A stretch of DNA of 64,000 nt, taken from a candidate division WOR-3 bacterium. GTDB taxonomy: Bacteria; Hydrothermota; Tepidihabitantia; Tepidihabitantales; JAOUPE01. The DNA lies in assembly GCA_039801565.1 (NCBI GenBank), contig JBDRUX010000002.1, positions 332-64,331 of the forward strand, in the 5' to 3' direction. Position 1 is the stretch's first letter. The number at the start of each line of letters is the position of its first letter. Shown piece after piece: positions 60,311 to 64,000 of the stretch. The notes under the pieces are model-generated. The model saw nothing but the letters and a program-made list of their open reading frames with translations, did not search any database and was not told the DNA's origin. The position numbers and the translations under genes were made by a program.

Positions 60311-62914
60311 TTATTTCAGATATATCACTTTGCCCCAAAAACTCTTTTCATTTTTGGGAAACGAGATATGGTAAAAGTAAATTCCGGCGGGAACTGGACT
60401 ATTGGTTAAATCCACACCCCGCCACACTAATTCCGGCTCGCTTGATGTGATGCGATAGATACAGCGACCATTCAAATCATAAATTTCCAAGTCAACATTT
60501 TGGGTCATCTTAGCAGTAATGCTAAAATGAATTGCTTTAGAAAACGGTTGGGGAAAGACTTGGATTTTTGGTTCGGTTTTAGTATTGGTAATTTCAACAA
60601 TACCGGTTAACCAATTAAGACAGAGTTCCATAAATTGAACCCGAGTCAAAAATTGGGGATAGGTCGGTGGACGATTGATTGCCTCAAAACCGAACCCCAA
60701 ATAGATAAGACGACTCTCGGTAACTGGGTCAGCATAATAGATGCCAGCGCCCTGATTGGCAATCGTATCATAGACTAAGAAGATATGGGAAAAGGAATCG
60801 GATGTGATTTGGTCTCTTGAGTTCTGATTATTAGCCCCACCGACACCGATAGTTGCACTGCCCGAGAAGTTGGTACCGAAGGGGTCAAACCGATTACCAA
60901 AGACAAAATAACCGCTCTGATTGGGTTGGATAAATCGAGCGTGCAAGACATCTTGATAAAAAGCGGTTGCCCCTAACTCCTGTCCGATGTTCTGACCAGT
61001 CAAAAAGAGCTTACCACCAGTAGCCAGTAAAGCAGTGATGCTATCCTGGTCATTACTGTCTAAGGTATTATTTATTGCATCACCGGTATACCAGACAACC
61101 GTGGACAATCGAAATCTTGGTACGGTGTGAATTGGCACCGGACCTTGTAAGCCTCGTCGCCAGACAACATAGCTGAGATTCAGACTATCAAAAGTTGTGG
61201 TGTAATACTGCTCATAGCGATGGAGCGAATCATCATTGACCAATAAAAGATGGGCAGGATTAAGGGCAAAAATTAGATTGGTATCACCGTAGATAATTAC
61301 CGAATAGGTTCGATTCGGATAGGGGAGAGCAGGCAATACCAGAATCCTAAATATAGTATCAACTAAGGTTAACTGGAAATTGCCGATTGTATCCGAATTG
61401 GTCGAGTCAAAAGGAATTGTATCTGTGCCAAGATAGGCTTTCAATCTGGCTTGAATCGGTAAGCCAGAGGTTGAATCCGAAAGATTACCAGTAATATTAC
61501 ACCAATGATAAGTTTTAATCGAAAGTCTTGCGGTATCATTTTTTGGATTGGAATCATTCAAGGTAGTGAAACTTATCACATTTAACATTCCAGGTGAAAG
61601 TAACTGTCCGGATAAGATATTGATTGTCTCTGAGGCAAGAAATGGTATTGGTCCGGTATTAGAAAATATCGTATCTTCATAACCATTATAACTTAATATA
61701 GTGGTGACCGGAACTGAATTTAAGCCTTGAGAACCAAAGTTGGTTATAACTGCTTTAAGGTTTAAGGTATCACCAGGCAGATGGATTCTTGGTCGGTTTG
61801 GCTCATAAATACTAAGGACTCCGGCATCATAGGAATAGGTTGGTGTAACAAAGACATCCATCCCCATAAAGACTAAATAAGTTGAGACCCAGGTCTGGTC
61901 ATTGGTTGAAGGTTCGTTCCAGGTAGCAGGGATTCCACCATCATCATCACGGTCTTGCAATAGTAAGGTATCGGTCAAGATATGATGGATTGACCAGAGG
62001 GTATCGTTATGGGTAATATTGGCACAGGCGCGATAACCATTTGCCAACCAGATATTCCAAGAGTTATTCCATTGCCCGACCGGATAAAAGAAAGGCAAGG
62101 AATCTTTATAGGTTCGAATCCAATTTTTACCGGTTATCGTATCTTCGAGCCAGATTGAATTACCAACTCCCCAGATTGCTGTGCCACCGGACATTGCCCA
62201 GTTGCCCGAGGCAAGACGATTTCTCGCATCCGCTTCAATCCAAGTTCGCACCCGATTGCCATAAGTCAATGCGGTATCTTTGGCAATCGGATTATTTCTT
62301 TCTTTGGCATAATGATAAAGCATTCCGGCGGCAAAAGCGGTGACAAAGGCATTTAAGGAATTCGTTAATGGTAATGGATGGCTGTACATATATTCTAAGC
62401 AGGTATCAGTGTAAGGAATGAATGAAGAGTCGCCATAGACCTGACGATATTTCCTTTCGGCGAAGAATGCTAAACCGCAATTCCAGACACAATAATAGTC
62501 TGGTCCTTCGCGATAAGCTGGATAGCGCAGCACATAAAGCCAAGCTCGACGGATATTGGTCCGGTAGTCATCCCGACCAGTCAGTTCATACCACCTTGAC
62601 CAGACCCAAATCGCCTCTTGGGTATTATCGGTCTCAATGATATTGGGTAGATGTTCAGCTTCGATAATACCGCCAAAATCCGGTGATGAAGAATCGGAGA
62701 CCTGATACCGAGCAACAAAATCCGCGGTCTGCTTTATCTCGTAAAGGTAATTAAAACGGTCAATGGCTTTTCCAAAAATCTTGGGCGGAGGGGAAAAACG
62801 GGGTTCAAAATTCTTTTCAAAGAGTTCAATTTCTGATTCTGACCAAGGGGTTGTAGCGAATACGGAACAAATTGAGAAAATTAGAAATAGGGTAAAATAT
62901 TTAAAGGATTTCAT
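60311..62914 (-). CDS. Large secreted hypothetical protein with T9SS C-terminal sorting domain
   Basis: Signal peptide MKSFKYFTLFLIFSICSVFA; C-terminal …LEIYDLNGRCIYRI…AGIYFYHI… CTD. Confidence 0.7.
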   Translation of the reverse strand: MKSFKYFTLFLIFSICSVFATTPWSESEIELFEKNFEPRFSPPPKIFGKAIDRFNYLYEIKQTADFVARYQVSDSSSPDFGGIIEAEHLPNIIETDNTQEAIWVWSRWYELTGRDDYRTNIRRAWLYVLRYPAYREGPDYYCVWNCGLAFFAERKYRQVYGDSSFIPYTDTCLEYMYSHPLPLTNSLNAFVTAFAAGMLYHYAKERNNPIAKDTALTYGNRVRTWIEADARNRLASGNWAMSGGTAIWGVGNSIWLEDTITGKNWIRTYKDSLPFFYPVGQWNNSWNIWLANGYRACANITHNDTLWSIHHILTDTLLLQDRDDDGGIPATWNEPSTNDQTWVSTYLVFMGMDVFVTPTYSYDAGVLSIYEPNRPRIHLPGDTLNLKAVITNFGSQGLNSVPVTTILSYNGYEDTIFSNTGPIPFLASETINILSGQLLSPGMLNVISFTTLNDSNPKNDTARLSIKTYHWCNITGNLSDSTSGLPIQARLKAYLGTDTIPFDSTNSDTIGNFQLTLVDTIFRILVLPALPYPNRTYSVIIYGDTNLIFALNPAHLLLVNDDSLHRYEQYYTTTFDSLNLSYVVWRRGLQGPVPIHTVPRFRLSTVVWYTGDAINNTLDSNDQDSITALLATGGKLFLTGQNIGQELGATAFYQDVLHARFIQPNQSGYFVFGNRFDPFGTNFSGSATIGVGGANNQNSRDQITSDSFSHIFLVYDTIANQGAGIYYADPVTESRLIYLGFGFEAINRPPTYPQFLTRVQFMELCLNWLTGIVEITNTKTEPKIQVFPQPFSKAIHFSITAKMTQNVDLEIYDLNGRCIYRITSSEPELVWRGVDLTNSPVPAGIYFYHISFPKNEKSFWGKVIYLK

Positions 62915-62956
62915 AAAAAGAAGGATACAAAATTATTGCTAATGGTCAAGTTGGAA

Positions 62957-63520
62957 TTAAATTGAGATGATAACTTCTTTTGGTCGTTCGTATTTAATTG
63001 TGACTTGATAAACTCGATTCCGTTTCTTAGTATAAGCCTTGATTCGATATTGATAGCCGGTTTGGGGGTCGTAGCCAGCCAGTCCCCGCCGAATTGGCAG
63101 AACTTGATTGCGTTCGCTTGCCCAAACACTAACTACTACCTCAATAATAGCACTTGGGTCGTAAAGAAAGGAATCCTTGTCATCTTGAGAAAGACCGCGA
63201 AAGACGTCACCGGCAATTTCAACATGGGAATGAAAGTTGCCTAAGAAACGGAGGCGATAACGATTTGCCAGTTCGGTCCTTCGATTCAAGGCATGCCAGA
63301 CCTGACTCCAATGTTTAAAAATCACTCCGGAGCGACTCTTTTTGCCACCCCGGTAGTAGACTGCTTTTTTAACAACTAACCTTTTATTCTTATCAATCGT
63401 ACCAAAAAGAAAACCAAAGGTCTCGGCTTTCATCTTCTTCTCATAGCCCAGTTTTGCTCGCTGGCAAATCTCTTGGACCACTGAATCGGTAAGATAAATC
63501 GGACCCCGAAATAGTGCCAT
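62957..63520 (-). CDS. JAB/MPN (Mov34)-like domain protein (putative metalloisopeptidase)
   Basis: E…HSHVEIAGDVFRGLSQDD resembles a JAMM E-HxH-S-D motif with atypical spacing. Confidence 0.35.
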   Translation of the reverse strand: MALFRGPIYLTDSVVQEICQRAKLGYEKKMKAETFGFLFGTIDKNKRLVVKKAVYYRGGKKSRSGVIFKHWSQVWHALNRRTELANRYRLRFLGNFHSHVEIAGDVFRGLSQDDKDSFLYDPSAIIEVVVSVWASERNQVLPIRRGLAGYDPQTGYQYRIKAYTKKRNRVYQVTIKYERPKEVIISI

Positions 63521-63611
63521 TATTTATTATACCATAAAAACTTCAAAAGTTCCAGTTGAATTTAAGATATCTCCTGCTGCGGTTTTTTAATATTTTATGG
63601 TGCAAATTAAA

Positions 63612-63682
63612 CTGGGGGACAGGGATTCGAACCCCGATAGACAGATCCAGAGTCTGCCGTCCTGCCGTTAGACGATCCCCCA
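63612..63682 (-). tRNA. tRNA-Gln (anticodon CUG)
   Basis: Manual fold: acceptor UGGGGGA/UCCCCCA (U1:A72 as in tRNA-Gln), 3-bp D-stem GUC/GAC, anticodon stem GCAGA/UCUGU (5 bp, one G-U) with loop C-U-CUG-G-A, T-arm CGGGG-UUCGAAU-CCCUG; CCA not encoded. Confidence 0.75.
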
Positions 63683-64000
63683 ATAAGTAGCAGCTTATTA
63701 AGCATAAGCCAGATTTGCCCGATAGTCAAGAATTTCTGATTGCAATAACGGTAGCAGCATTAAAACAATTTAGTGTACTGCTCTTTGAAAAATTCCAAGT
63801 AGACGTCTGCTTTCAAGCTTAAGAGTGCTATTGGGGAGCTCGGTTTGAGGACTTACGAAAAGAAAGAATTAAGATTAGCGGTTAAGAACACTGAGCGTTA
63901 AGAAAATATGTTTGGGCACTGCTTTTTCTACTATCAAACTGATTAAGAGCCTTTTTAAAGAAAGAAGGTAAGATAATAAGTTTTAAGTTATCGTGCCGTT

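Noticed and set aside
1-64000. CRISPR arrays, rRNA genes and additional tRNAs
   Set aside because: No regularly spaced direct repeats with unique spacers and no rRNA-like conserved stretches were seen. The only cloverleaf-compatible sequence found was tRNA-Gln at 63612-63682.

Overview
This 64-kb window looks like a low-GC (about 40%) chromosomal segment from a diderm bacterium. Several large secreted proteins end in type IX secretion (T9SS) C-terminal sorting domains, and lpxB plus a putative LptE-like lipoprotein support an outer membrane, so an FCB-group or candidate-phylum (WOR-3-like) lineage is inferred. Most of the window is housekeeping: ftsK, lepB, an archaeal-type aspS followed by asnS, lpxB, tsaE, a thiolase/crotonase pair, purE and purC, queA, murF, two paralogous carboxyltransferase/biotin-carrier units, the origin-proximal cluster rpmH–rnpA–yidD–yidC–jag–mnmE, tldD/tldE, ftsE–ftsX–envC-like–holB, rlmD and a B12-radical SAM gene. 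Non-routine content includes:
- a single intact insertion sequence (rve-type DDE transposase, 19-bp imperfect terminal inverted repeats) inserted next to a truncated AbiEii-like toxin gene;
- a T9SS cargo gene disrupted twice at simple-sequence tracts, with a (TA)n tract over its start codon and signal peptide plus an A5 homopolymer frameshift separating the body from its C-terminal sorting domain, which fits phase variation or decay;
- two related GC-rich arrays with roughly 12-bp periodicity built around the palindrome GGCTAGCC, each inside an unusually long ORF-free gap;
- a standalone ERCC4-type nuclease with an uncharacterised N-terminal domain;
- an unannotated, tightly packed 48-aa basic mini-protein gene;
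- a SagB-type dehydrogenase embedded in the purE–purC operon;
- an unannotated rpmH and a tRNA-Gln(CUG).
No CRISPR array, rRNA or recognisable classical ncRNA was seen.
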